A DNA stretch of 64,000 nucleotides, taken from Picochlorum sp. SENEW3 (taxonomy: Eukaryota). The stretch is taken from positions 310,001 to 374,000 of the forward strand of contig CP120458.1 of assembly GCA_034226945.1 (NCBI GenBank), in the 5' to 3' direction. The notes under the pieces are model-generated. The model saw only the letters and a program-made list of their open reading frames with translations. It searched no databases and was not told the origin of the DNA. This document shows, one piece after another, positions 1 through 11,857 of this stretch; the first letter of the stretch is position 1, and every line of letters begins with the position of its first letter. The position numbers and the translations under genes are program-made.

Positions 1-596
1 CTTTTATTTGCGCTTCAAGATGCTCATCTACAGGTATTCGGCTTTAACAGGCAGGACTTTCCAAATTTGAGATACACCCAAGACATCAATGAAGGTATCA
101 GAACCATCCCCCCAGCAATTCTGGCATTCTATGTCTGCAAGGTACGCGGATGCAAGACGTTGCTTGATCCACCTGCGTCAACAGAAGTTTAATTATGTAT
201 ATTAAGGAGAGATCTATCAATCTCACTCACACATGTCTATACACACGTGCAGTTTGAATGCCTTCTTTCACCCGAAATATCCAGCATGCAGAGCTGGTAT
301 ACACAGGTGCTTAAGGTGGTCAGCAGACGCACGAGTGCATACGTCAGATTTCCTATCAATTACGAGCAGGCTTTCAGGCCCTAAAGTTCATGGGGCCATG
401 CTGAGCAAATATGCTTTGGATGCAAACCAGCTATATACCTACGGGACGAGTGCTCTTGTGAGTCACAGGAGAGAGAAGAAAGAAAGATCCTAGTCGTCTT
501 GCCAGGATCAAGATGGCCCCTCATGCTGTCCAGTCCCACACAAGCATAATAATATTCTTTTCATGTAAGAATACCTGAATGTTATAGAACAATACC

Positions 597-1842
597 ATGG
601 TACCATACAATGCACGCACATGGAATGGGTCGTGCATCCCTGTCCATGTTGCAGGGGTCTCCTCTCCCAGTCTGAGACATAGATTCAACAGTATTTCACA
701 TACAAGTACATCATATAGCAGTAGTAGGCTTATTGTGAGGGCAGAGAAACGCCCGTCGTCGAGAAAGACTCGTCAAGTTTCGGGTAAAAGGGATTCGGGC
801 TTCTTTGCCGATGTGGATCCGAATGGTGCGTTGTTATGCACATATCTGCATTATATAGTTCAATACTGAACGATTTCTATGCGCAGCGACGATATATCCG
901 GTGAAGGGAAGCTTGAAACAAGACCCAACCAAACGAGGTGGGAGGTGGGAGAGCGATTTTGTATGGAATAGCAATTGGAAGGAGGCTATGGAGTATGATG
1001 ATGCGATACGAGAGAGTAATAATGCCAGGCAGAAGAAGACTGAGGAGAAGGAGGAGTCGAGCAAGGGCAAATTGTCTTTGGTGCAGGCCAAGAAGGACTT
1101 GAATGATGTCAATGTGGATCTGTCTGATCAGCTGCGGCAACGTAAAAGGGATGACGATGAGAAGAACAATTCTAATGTGATCATTCAGGTAGAGAAAAAG
1201 CCTCGAAGGAGTTCGGGTGATGCAAAGATGACGCAGAGGGAGGGGCGTGCATGGCGTCGCAGTGACAGATATGCCATCAGAGGAGGATCAGGGACACGTG
1301 CAGGCGAGGAGGAAGAGAAGGAAAAGGCACGAGAGATTGAGCGAGAACGATATGACCAGTTGAAGAGAGAACTTCAGTTGTGGAGCGTGGGGCTGACTGC
1401 TGTGTGCTTTGGATGCACTGTTGCATTTTATGGAAGAGATGTGGGAGCAAGCTATGGCATTGGAGCTCTGGGAGGGCTCTTATATCTGAGATCTTTGTCT
1501 CGAAGTGTGGATTCGTTTGGAGTGGGTGGCGTGGGAGGAGGCCCTCGCTTGCTGATACCAGTCATCCTTGCCTTGGGGTACAACAGGTACAACACATTGG
1601 TTGCAGAGCAATCAGGCCTGTACCTGCAATTGCTCCCCATGCTGGCAGGATTCTTCACATACAAGGGAGCCGTCATTGCCAGACAGAGCAAAGCATTGTT
1701 TGACGAGTATACAGGCAAAATACAGCAATGGGATGATGATGACATGGATGATGACATGTCTGACCAAGACAGAGAGCACAAGCAAGAGAGTGTTGCCAGC
1801 GTGGATAGAGCCTTCTCTCGCACCATGCTGACCAAATACTGA
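597..1842 (+). CDS. CGL160: CGL160/Atp1(AtpI)-like thylakoid ATP synthase assembly factor; 2 exons (597-825, 887-1842)
   Basis: S/R-rich transit-peptide-like exon 1. GT-AG intron 826-886 joins in frame to ORF 901-1842. WESDFVWNSNWKE motif and a C-terminal hydrophobic Atp1-like region (GASYGIGALGGLLYLRSL; PRLLIPV; GFFTYK). Confidence 0.8.
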
Positions 1843-1983
1843 TTGATTGATAATAATAGTAGTACGATGCATATAGCCAATGCATCATCATCATCATCAT
1901 TATAGAATTGTGTTGATTTTTAAAAAAGAAACATGTATCCTTACATACAATGCCAAACCAATTGGACGAGTACCAAATCCACA

Positions 1984-2562
<579 letters not shown>

Positions 2563-3105
2563 CTAAACAATTGTTGTCTGATGATCACTCGTCGCACACC
2601 AGCACGAATCCACGACAACGCTCAGCCAAACACGCACAAGACTATACGTATTAAACAACCACACAGAGACGGATATACACGCGTCACCTGCAATACAGAA
2701 CACCCGTCAGAACCGCTATCAACATAGATCCACCCCCACCCATCCAACACTCCCTTCCATGGGACTCTCTCAACATCCCCTACCCGCCCCCACAACAACG
2801 ACCACAGCACCCCCACCACAGCCACAGCAACCATCTCATCTTCCGGATAGGAATTATTACAATTAATTTATATGGATGAGACCATGGCAGATAGCTGTGC
2901 CTGTCAGTCTATGACAAGACTGCAGATGAAATCAGCAGCAGATGGCGATCCATCCACTGACACTCATTCTCTCATCAAAGGATGAACAATGTCATACCAC
3001 GTACTTTATAGTTGTTGATATTAATTCAGTATGACTGTCTACTGAATGATTCATATGTCTTGTCATGGGAAGAGTCCTCCATCTCTGACAATCTGTCCCT
3101 TCTTC

Positions 3106-3157
3106 TTCCTACAGGAGATCTAGAGATCGGATCTCTTCTTCTTATTCCTACAGGAGA
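3106..3157. repeat. Short direct repeat (TTCCTACAGGAGA x2) with nearby small palindromes
   Basis: Identical 13-mers at 3106-3118 and 3145-3157 in CT-rich sequence upstream of ORF 3227. Confidence 0.6.
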
Positions 3158-3229
3158 GATCTCTCTTCTTACTACTAGTAGATACTAGAGGTCAGAATGC
3201 CTCGTATACTCAATGTAAATTTGTAATTG

Positions 3230-3631
3230 ATGGCATACTATTACTATTCCAGTTCGTCATACTATTGGTATGCGTGGCTGATCCTGGGGATTGGGATTAT
3301 TGTCATTGTCTTCCTGTTACTATTTCTGTATGGTCGGTACAGGAAGAGGAAGCAATTGATGCAACAGCAGCAGCAGCAGATGGAAATGCCTCCTTCCATG
3401 GGGGCAGGAGGAGGATACCCAATGCCAGGAGGAGCACCACCACCACCACCAGGAGGAGGTGGTGGATACCCACCTCAGGGATATGATCAATATGGACAGG
3501 TTCCTCCTCCGTATGGGTATGCGCAGCAGCAGCAGCAGTATCAGGATGATGGCATGGTGTATGGGTATCCTGTGAATGATGCTGGTGCATCGAATGCTGT
3601 TGCTGGGACCCCAGCCCAGCAGAGCAAGTAG
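3230..3631 (+). CDS. Small single-pass membrane protein with Pro/Gly/Tyr/Gln-rich cytoplasmic tail
   Basis: Hydrophobic WLILGIGIIVIVFLLLFLYG followed by basic RYRKRK, then PPPP, YPP and PPPY motifs. First ATG at 3230. Confidence 0.7.
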   Translation: MAYYYYSSSSYYWYAWLILGIGIIVIVFLLLFLYGRYRKRKQLMQQQQQQMEMPPSMGAGGGYPMPGGAPPPPPGGGGGYPPQGYDQYGQVPPPYGYAQQQQQYQDDGMVYGYPVNDAGASNAVAGTPAQQSK

Positions 3632-3928
3632 TAATGGTAGTCATGGAAATTTCTCTTCTCTCTCTTTGAGTGCGGCATGGATTGGTTTATTCCTTGTTTT
3701 TTTTGCTTTGAGAAAGATATAGAGAGGGATATTGTACTAGTCTAATAATAATAAGATACATAGATACAGTATGTTGATTCGTTATTGTAATAGAGTTGGG
3801 CGATGGGCCAGTGGACATGGCGTAGCACACTGTGGCACTTGGAAGAATGCGAATCGGATTCAAGGCGGCTCTTTGAGGTGGGTTTATGTTGATATACGTA
3901 TATATGATATAAATAAGATGATCATACT

Positions 3929-4702
3929 GTGGTATTGTATAGGGGGCGGCATGTGTGCAGTCGGGCTGGTGGGCAGGAAGGAGGAGATTCTGTGGTTGTG
4001 CTGCAGCATTCGGTGTTGGAGCGAGAGAGGGCGTTGAAGACTGGTCGGATGGTCAAGGTGGCTCATATTTTGTTGCAGAATGAGGGTGATGTTGGACGGG
4101 TGATGGGTGATATTGCTGGGATCCGGGTGGGGGATCTCTCCAGTGTGTTTGGGGATTTGGCACGGGAGTACTCGGCATGTCCGAGTGGGAAGAATGGGGG
4201 AGAGTTGGGGTGGGTTTCTGTGGGGCAGATGGTTGGAGAGTTTGAGGATGCCTGTTTCAGATCACAGCCAGAGGAGGTGGTTCAGTGTAGGACAGAGTAT
4301 GGTGATCATATTATTTGGATACAGGATGAGAAGATGCAGGGGGAGATCAAGCCAATGTCGGTGGAAGAGCTGTCAGGGTTGTTGACATGTGAGAGGACGG
4401 CAGATGGGCAGTTGGAGCTGGATACTGTGCAGCTGATTGATGTGAGAGAGCCATCTGAGATTGACATTGCCAAGCTGCCAGGGTTTTGGAAGGTGTTTTC
4501 GTTGAGTGCATTTGGAGAATGGGGTCCGAATGCCGAGTACCTGTTGGATCCTGACAAGACAACCATTGTGTTGTGTCATCATGGTATCCGAAGTGCTCAG
4601 GTTTGTCAATTTTTGCTCAAAAAGAATTTTAATGATTTACGGAATGTGACTGGGGGGATCAATGCCTACTGTAAGATTGATCCCTCCATTCCAGAATATT
4701 AG
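3929..4702 (+). CDS. Parvulin (PpiC) PPIase + rhodanese domain protein (STR12-like); N-terminus uncertain
   Basis: HILL, FGDLAREYSACPSGKNGGELGW, GQMVGEFE (parvulin). LIDVRE, CHHGIRS, GGINAY (rhodanese). Confidence 0.9.
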   Translation: MVLYRGRHVCSRAGGQEGGDSVVVLQHSVLERERALKTGRMVKVAHILLQNEGDVGRVMGDIAGIRVGDLSSVFGDLAREYSACPSGKNGGELGWVSVGQMVGEFEDACFRSQPEEVVQCRTEYGDHIIWIQDEKMQGEIKPMSVEELSGLLTCERTADGQLELDTVQLIDVREPSEIDIAKLPGFWKVFSLSAFGEWGPNAEYLLDPDKTTIVLCHHGIRSAQVCQFLLKKNFNDLRNVTGGINAYCKIDPSIPEY

Positions 4703-4729
4703 AACATGTAACAATCCTTTCAGCTATCG

Positions 4730-7700
4730 TTATAGCTGTGGTTGGAGCACTTGATCGATGCGAGCCTGCATTTCAAAAAGGCCAGCATGTAACGAGACTG
4801 TATCTTTGCTTATCTGGATGACTGTAGCATGCGCATTGATGGAGGGGACAAATACTCTGTCCCCAATTTTTGGCTCCCAATCTCCTGACGAGAAATTTTT
4901 CTTGTTTTCATCTGTGGCGAGTTTGTTCCTTTGATGCGTTGATTTGTAGTTCAACATCAAATCCTTTCGAGCCTGACGAACTGCATTGAAAATTTTCTGA
5001 GAACCTTTCACATCTCTGTTGGAAATCCTTTCCAGGATTTGTCTCCTGCAGGGTACATGGAAAACAATGTTACGAAATACATTCATCTCTCCATCGGTGT
5101 GGCCTTCCCTCGTAAATCCCCATGTGTATAAATTGGTCCCATGCCTCCGCCTCTGGATCTTCTTCATCCCAAATTTCAGACAAGTCTTGCTTATTGGCAC
5201 CGAGGTAATACTCCCAATCAAAACAAGACATATTCCTCCTATGTGCATCAGCCAGGATTCTATCAACCTTGGTATCAAGCCACAAATTCTGTGACGCCAC
5301 AAGAATGTGTTCGGTGATATTGTCCGACGTAGCTTCATCTCTCCACAACGATAGCCTCTCGGCTCGAACAGCACTCGGCCATTCTGATTCTAAAAATGCC
5401 CTTTTGACCTTGACAAACATGACCTCCATTGGGTCGATATCAGTGCCATCGTAAAATCCAGGTTGAAGTGGATTCAAGTCCCCATTACACCCGACTTCGT
5501 TCAGCAATTCTCTCGATCCCTGCCAATCTATGCCCTGGTACCGAGACATGAGCGAATCCATGCTATATCCAGCATTTAGAATTGCCTCACTCATACCTTG
5601 CTCCGAATGGAAAACAACATCCTCCATTTCATCGTAGCAATTGAATATTGTACTATTTGATCGAAGGACATTTAATCCCACAGGATCGGTGGCAACTGCA
5701 TAAGACTGCACATGCAGGGCTGGAAGGTGATCACCAGAATGTCCACAACAGATTGTTGGCCCAACTAGTTTCACACGATCTGACAATTTTTCTGTGAATG
5801 CCCTACTCCAATGATATTTATTATTCAAGTATGATGGCAGGAATGGGCCCCGCACTGATGAGTTCAACCATATAAAGTAGGAATATGAGTCAAGGTATGC
5901 TGAATCAGACATTTCAAGAACAGAAAACACCCATCCAACAGTGCCAATATCAAAGCACTTGTTTTCATGCTTCATCACTCTCAGATTCCCCATATTCACA
6001 CTTTTAAGCACGTCAGGTACATCATCTTCCATGTCAGATACCTGAATCACGATGATGTAATCGCAATTGTCGTTTTCCTGAGGATTGGAATCACAAACAG
6101 AATTAGCTGCAACAAGGACAATCCTCACAACCATGTGATTATATGACTCACCTTGATCCCCTCTTTCACAAAATACGATAGATTTCTCTCATATTCTGGA
6201 TCTGAATCGCTGAAAACATAAATCACCAGGGTAGGAGCCTGGGCCTTCCATGCTTCCTCTTCACCAACCTTGCTTGTCTGTGTTGACCCTCCATTCCCCC
6301 AGATCTTCAGGGCAAGTAGAACAACAATGAGGCTTATAGTAACTTTATGTTTATAGCAATTAGTTCGCTCGTATTCTGATCCTTTCGGCGACTTATGGAG
6401 GCTTTTCGATCTCTGTGACCTCATGGCAACAACATCGCGAAAGTGCTAAACTTCCAGCAAAGGCAGAATCTGATCCTTTAAAATCTTTCCATTGTTATTT
6501 TTATACGCTTTTTGGAGCATTACTTTGGCGATGGAGTAGGGAGATGTTGCAAATAAGCCAATTATTTTCATTGTTCCCAGGCCAATAATGGCTCCCTCTG
6601 GGCACACATGGCCAAGGTGCACAATTAACAAGACATGTACGACGGGGACCCACGAGAGAAACACTCACCAAATACAAAAAGCATTACATACCTGGAATAT
6701 TGCAGGATACCCTTGGACCTCTGCCTTTTGCTCCTTATTTGACTGATTTTGTATGTGATATTGTCTTCTTCTTTTCTCAGAGATTCCAAGAAGGCCAGGC
6801 TGTCATTGACTTCGTGGGCGTCAGTTCCTAACAAGGCACAAGCGTTATGGACAATTTCATGCCCCAAGTGGAGATTCTCGGCGATATTAAGTGCGCAACT
6901 TCGTCCTGGGACGCCCCAGAGCAGCTTGTAAGTGGGCTCTAGATTCACCTCATCAAATTCTACACTGACATTCTCGAATACACCCGGTTTGGAATACTTC
7001 AGGCTCGTCAGGGCACTGTGATGTGTCGTTGCAAATGTTATGCAAGATCCACCGGGTTTATCCCGCGACAAAGCATCCATGACAGCAAGACCCAGGGCAG
7101 CTCCATCAATGGCATCAGTCCCAGTACCCAGTTCATCCAATAGAACCAATGATTTACCGGTTGATTCTTTCCTGATGTTTTCAATGCGTTTCAAGTGTCC
7201 ACTAAATGTTGAAAGATTGGACGATAGGCTCTGTTCGTCACCTATATCTGCAAGAATGGCATCAAAGCATGGTATACTAATTGGTGCCTCTGCTGGGATT
7301 GGGATACCACATTTGGCCATCATACTTGCTAAACCCACCGCTTTCAGCACCGCAGTCTTACCTCCTGTATTTGGACCTGTAATGATAATACCTTTCGTAC
7401 TTTGTCGTGCAAAAATATCCACAGGAACAGGACCAGAATGCGTTTCCATGCCAGTATCTGAGCATTCCATTGATTGATGCCCAGAAGAGGGTCTTCTCCA
7501 CCCAGGTAGCCTTTTTCGGCTACCTTCACCAGATTTTGTCGCCACAGCAGTAGTTTCACTCGCAGACGCTTCCTTCTCGAGAAGATACTTGGCCATTAGA
7601 AGGGGGTGTCTTAGTTTTCTAAGGAGAAGAAATTTTGATTCGTCTTCTACCTGATTTTTTAATGCTCCCTTCATTCTTCGAGGCTTCCCTGTTCTTTTGA

Positions 7701-8847
7701 ATGAAGAAAATTTAGTCACTAAAGACCCTGAAATCCAATTACCAAATCTATAGCGCGCATAAATGGTGTCCAACCAGACTAAAGAGGACAGATATTGCTC
7801 CAAAACAGAATCAACCATTGAAACCTGATCTGTCAGGGACCACAGAACAGATTCCTCAGCGATTCTTAGTTCCTCTTTTGCTTGTACTAGATCATTATTA
7901 ATATTTACCGCAGCTTCAGGCTCTATAATCCAAGCTGATCCTCCAAATTTCGAACCTACCATGACACAGCCTTTTGGTGGATCTCTACCCTTTCCAGAAA
8001 CAACACAAAGGCGGCCCTTATGTTCCTCAATATCTTCACCATATTTGTTTAAAATTCCTTTCAGTCTCTTCTCCAATGTCCTTACTCTTCCCGACGCCTT
8101 CCGAACGTCATCACTGGATCCCTCTTTTACACTGCCACACTCATCAATCTTGGCAAAAATAGCAGATGCCACACCTGAAGGCACATCTGACGATATATCC
8201 AGAAATTCTCTCGAGATGAAACTAATGCGTTCACCTTCACCTTGTTCTTCAGCCTGGTAGACGGCTTCCCGAATTTTTCTCTGAACTTTGAGGGCTCCTC
8301 TTATAAGGGAAGCAATTGCCAGTAACCCCTCCCCATGCAACATGCCTCCGCGCTTGACTCGCTGAAGACATTCTCGAGATTCAAGAGTCTGTATTCCTCC
8401 AAAATCGATATCAAGCAAGTATTCCTCTTGAAGCAATGTGACTGCTTGCGTCTCGTTGATCTTCTTGAGAGATTCTTGTTCAGTGGTTGGAGGAGTCATA
8501 TCTTCCAAGCAAGCTCTCTGTCCAAGACTTGTTTGCGCAAAACCTGATACGTACTTGCAGAGCTCAAACCATTCCAGGGCCTCCATTGTTGCCTCCTGAG
8601 CAGTTCGATGTACCATTGATGACTGACCAGCTCGCACGCCGCTCCCTTTGAGGCCAGACGACGGGGAAGAAAAAGTCAAAATTTTGCCCAGCCCCCCAGA
8701 CCGAGTCATACATAGATTCTTAGAGTAATAATATGCTTTTAATTCATTTTTTGATCTTCTAGGTCCATAGTAACATGGCAGCGTGCTAGAAACACGCTGA
8801 GAATTGGTAATTCTCTGCTGACCACAGGTATCCACTCTCCAGGACAT
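4730..8847 (-). CDS. MUTS2: MutS2-family ATPase, probably plastid; exon 1 8847-6692, intron 6691-5046, exon 2 5045-4730 (coiled-coil + KOW); no Smr domain seen
   Basis: LEW N-terminal motif, LRHPLL, ITGPNTGGKT, ADIGDEQSLSSNLSTFSGH, LLDELGTGTD, TTH. Donor AG|GTATGT and acceptor CCCTGCAG|G join in frame to a KOW-like KIGDRVFVPSINAHATV tail. Confidence 0.88.
5070..6424 (-). CDS. Type II membrane glycosyltransferase-like (RgpF/GT-A-like) protein, 426 aa, 2 exons (6424-6152, 6077-5070); nested in the MutS2 intron
   Basis: Signal anchor ISLIVVLLALKIW. Phase-0 GTGAGT..CAG intron 6151-6078. HENKCFDIG, YFIWLNSSVRGPFLP and HVQSY motifs. C-terminal FDWEYY..N..DL...G..EGR module. Confidence 0.75.
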
Positions 8848-9211
8848 TGCCTCCTACTCTATTTCATCCATATTACAGTATAATTTTCAAAAATGATTGC
8901 GAATATGACAGTCAAATCCACATTCTTGGCCGCATCCATCACAACAATGCTCACCACAACATGTGAACCATCAGTGGGTACCCAGTTGATATTCACCAGT
9001 GAATGGATCATCACGTTGCACTCACGATTCAAGGCATCTGGTCCGTGACTATGCTTGGCATGAGTAGTTCATGATCATGAGTAGCAGCCAAGATGAGGAA
9101 GGAAGCTTCTAAAGAAAGTTGCAGATCTGAAGTCGGTTGTACTGAATTGCACCAAATCTACAATTCGTGCTATAGATGCCTCTAGTCACCGTGCTATCGC
9201 AATACCCATGA

Positions 9212-10348
9212 TTATTGAGATGTTTCTTTCAATGCAACCTTTGCCATCTGCGTAACACCTTCAAGGGTCTTATTTCCACCAATAAATCCAGACGCATGCA
9301 CAAATATGCAGCCAGGAATACCAGAAAGCTCAGATAAGGCATCATCACGAAGACCTCTCCATTCTTCTGGCAGTGGCTTTCTCGAGTTGAAGCTTTCCGG
9401 TGCTACTGCCACGGCCTGGATTCTCCAGGATCCATCCTTGTCATCATTATATATGACATATTTGATGTCACCTTCAATGCCCATCTCCTTCTCCAATTCA
9501 TAAATATGATTCTTCCAGGGAACGAATGTCGACAATTTCATCACCTGGCCTGATGGATCCACGGACTTTCTGTTTCTAATATCTTCTTGGACATATGATC
9601 TTGCTGGAAGCCAGGACTTGATTTGATACTGTAGACAGCCCATAAACTCTGATCCAGTCATATCCATAGCCTGTCTGAATCTCCCCATCGTCTCTGCATC
9701 TGAAATACTTTCATACCATTGCGCATTGAGGTTGCCAACACGAGCAGACAGGTGCGTGTTGTTAATGTATCGTGGAGGCTGAGATGACTCATATTGATTC
9801 ACCCCATTATCAATGGCGTCCACCGCCTCCATGAACGACTTGTACACCTGTAAATATACTGCTTGTATATCTTCCTCGTTTGCTGAATCACCCATCTCCT
9901 TTCTCACAATCTCCTTTCCAAAATGCTTGTAGACCAACCCAGCACTGGAAAGTTTGGTGGAGAACCCATGACCAAATACTTCATCGAACCCCTTCTGATG
10001 ATGATCATATCGATCCTTTGCGGGATCATATACTCCTCCTACATCTATGACGACATTGAGGGTATCCAACAGCGACGGATCTCTCGATCTAACAACCTCT
10101 GCTCCAGCAAACTTTTCAGTCTGTAGCAGTAAGAAACAACCCAGCGCCTCATCGCAATGGAATGTTCCACTATGCGTTCCGACTGTCTTCATTGATTTAT
10201 GCTTTTTTATTGCTGCTGCGCCCTGGATATCGTTGTTGCTGGCCCTGAGGTTGTTCGACATGCGGCGCTTCAGAGGTGACCCAGAAGGGAAGAAGAGAAG
10301 ATTTGGCCCTCGTGTCCTGATCAACTTACAGAAATTAAATGATGACAT
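9212..10348 (-). CDS. MYG1: MYG1 (UPF0160) exonuclease / metal-dependent hydrolase
   Basis: GTHSGTFHCDEALG, DVGGVYDP..RYDHHQ, KLSSAGLVY, DAIDNG, FVHASGFIGG. Confidence 0.95.
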   Translation of the reverse strand: MSSFNFCKLIRTRGPNLLFFPSGSPLKRRMSNNLRASNNDIQGAAAIKKHKSMKTVGTHSGTFHCDEALGCFLLLQTEKFAGAEVVRSRDPSLLDTLNVVIDVGGVYDPAKDRYDHHQKGFDEVFGHGFSTKLSSAGLVYKHFGKEIVRKEMGDSANEEDIQAVYLQVYKSFMEAVDAIDNGVNQYESSQPPRYINNTHLSARVGNLNAQWYESISDAETMGRFRQAMDMTGSEFMGCLQYQIKSWLPARSYVQEDIRNRKSVDPSGQVMKLSTFVPWKNHIYELEKEMGIEGDIKYVIYNDDKDGSWRIQAVAVAPESFNSRKPLPEEWRGLRDDALSELSGIPGCIFVHASGFIGGNKTLEGVTQMAKVALKETSQ

Positions 10349-10736
10349 GAAATAACTGTTTGGAAGGATGCGAGTTGGCCTACGAATAAGATGCTCCTTT
10401 GCGGAGCAATTCTCTTATTGCAGATTTGCTGCTCTGACTCAAGCAGCAAAAGTACACACGATGTTCACACACAAGTGTGCCAATACAATAGTTCCATGCC
10501 CAAGAGTATGTTACATACAGAGAGATATGACAAAAATATGTTGATTGAGAAAATTCTTCCAAACATACAAAACATGAAAATGTCCAACCACATGCAACTC
10601 TCCCGGACAGGTTTTTTTCATCTCAGACCTGAGTTGATGACACAATCATGGGATCCAGATTGAATGATCACCTCACTAAAGAATTCAGCTTGGTACAGAA
10701 TCTTTAGCACTCAAATCAAGCAACACTCTCACCAGC

Positions 10737-11608
10737 TTAGGCGACAGAGCGCTTCTCTGGGGACTGGTGGTCCTTGGCACCGGTTGGGCGGTGGACCAAG
10801 AGGAGGGAGCACTGCACCTGCTTGACATTGTCAAAAGCGACGAGTCTGATGTAGGCATCTGGGAAGGCCTTGGTGCAAGCCTTGATCTCGGTCACAACCT
10901 GGGCTCCATCAGTGCATCCGAACATTGGCAACTTCCACATAGACCAGTAACGGTTATCGAAGTAGTTGCATGTAACTCCTCCAGACATACGTCCAGTGTT
11001 GGTGGACTTGACGTAGGCAGTCTCTGGGGAAGAGAACTCCAAGCATGGGGTGTATCCATTGCGGACAATGTAGTCAACCTGCTTGATGATCTCCTCCTCG
11101 GAGAGTGGTGGGAGATAAGAGAAGGTCTCGAAGAACTTGTTGTCAATTGGGTTCCACACCTGCATGATGAATAGTTGTTTAGGTCAGACAGGATCACCGC
11201 AACGCGAGTACGCCATATCACTGCCTAGGTCAAAACGCTCTCTTCCCGATGTGATGTTCTCGCCGCATCCGTGACGATCGCCACAATGTGTTATCCATTA
11301 TAGTCAATAACTATTATTAATCACATATCCGCGCTAGATGACGACTGGAAGAGGACAAAATCGGTCATCGAGAGCGTAGTAGGAAGTTGAAGGCGGCCCT
11401 CCTTATCCATCGACTCCATGGACGTTCATGACGCCCATTGGCCTGCTACATTCACGATCAAACAACTATAACTCACCTGGAAGGCATTGGTCTTCTTGGC
11501 AGCAACGTTAGCAGCCTTGAAGGAGACAGCCTTGGAGGCTGGCTTCATGGCAGTGGTGCGAGAAGCAACCACTGGGGCGGAGACGATAGCAGCAGCAATA
11601 GCAACCAT
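10737..11608 (-). CDS. RBCS: Rubisco small subunit precursor; exons 11608-11477 and 11159-10737
   Basis: Ala-rich transit peptide, [29 protein letters not shown]. Phase-0 intron 11476-11160. Confidence 0.98.
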
Positions 11609-11685
11609 TTTGATTCTTGAGAATTAGATTGACGACAGGTGCGGGCCAAGCACAAGTTTTTGATCGATTAGTATTAAATGTGAGG

Positions 11686-11720
11686 GCTCTTATAGAGTGG
11701 CAATGCCGTCTTATCCATCG
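11686..11720 (-). promoter_or_regulatory. Putative RBCS promoter: TATA-like (CTATAAG) and I-box-like GGATAAG
   Basis: On the minus strand, ATGGATAAG at about 11718-11710 and CTATAAGA at about 11695-11688, roughly 80-110 bp upstream of the ATG. Confidence 0.4.
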
Positions 11721-11857
11721 GCGGTGATGACATTGTATTCTGACTTTCTTTTCTCCAAGGATACCAGGATCGAATGCCTGGTCCTTGGTTTCATTCGCTC
11801 TCATCATCAGAGTCGCCATCATTGCATTGGTAGAAAGAGAGAGTGTGTTGTAACGAC

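Noticed and set aside
1..525. Possible minus-strand exons at the window start
   Set aside because: An acceptor and a short open frame exist (about 172-30), but I could not support a consistent gene model or product.
3929..4702. Parvulin-rhodanese fusion as a novelty
   Set aside because: This architecture is already known from plants (STR12-type).
5046..5374. N-terminal part of ORF 4730..5374 as an independent 214-aa gene
   Set aside because: It overlaps the nested gene in another frame and has no protein-like signal. Only 5045-4730 is credible, as MutS2 exon 2.
6625..6691. MutS2 C-terminus YVMLFVFGECFSRGSPSYMSC
   Set aside because: It is best explained as read-through into the intron after the GTATGT donor.
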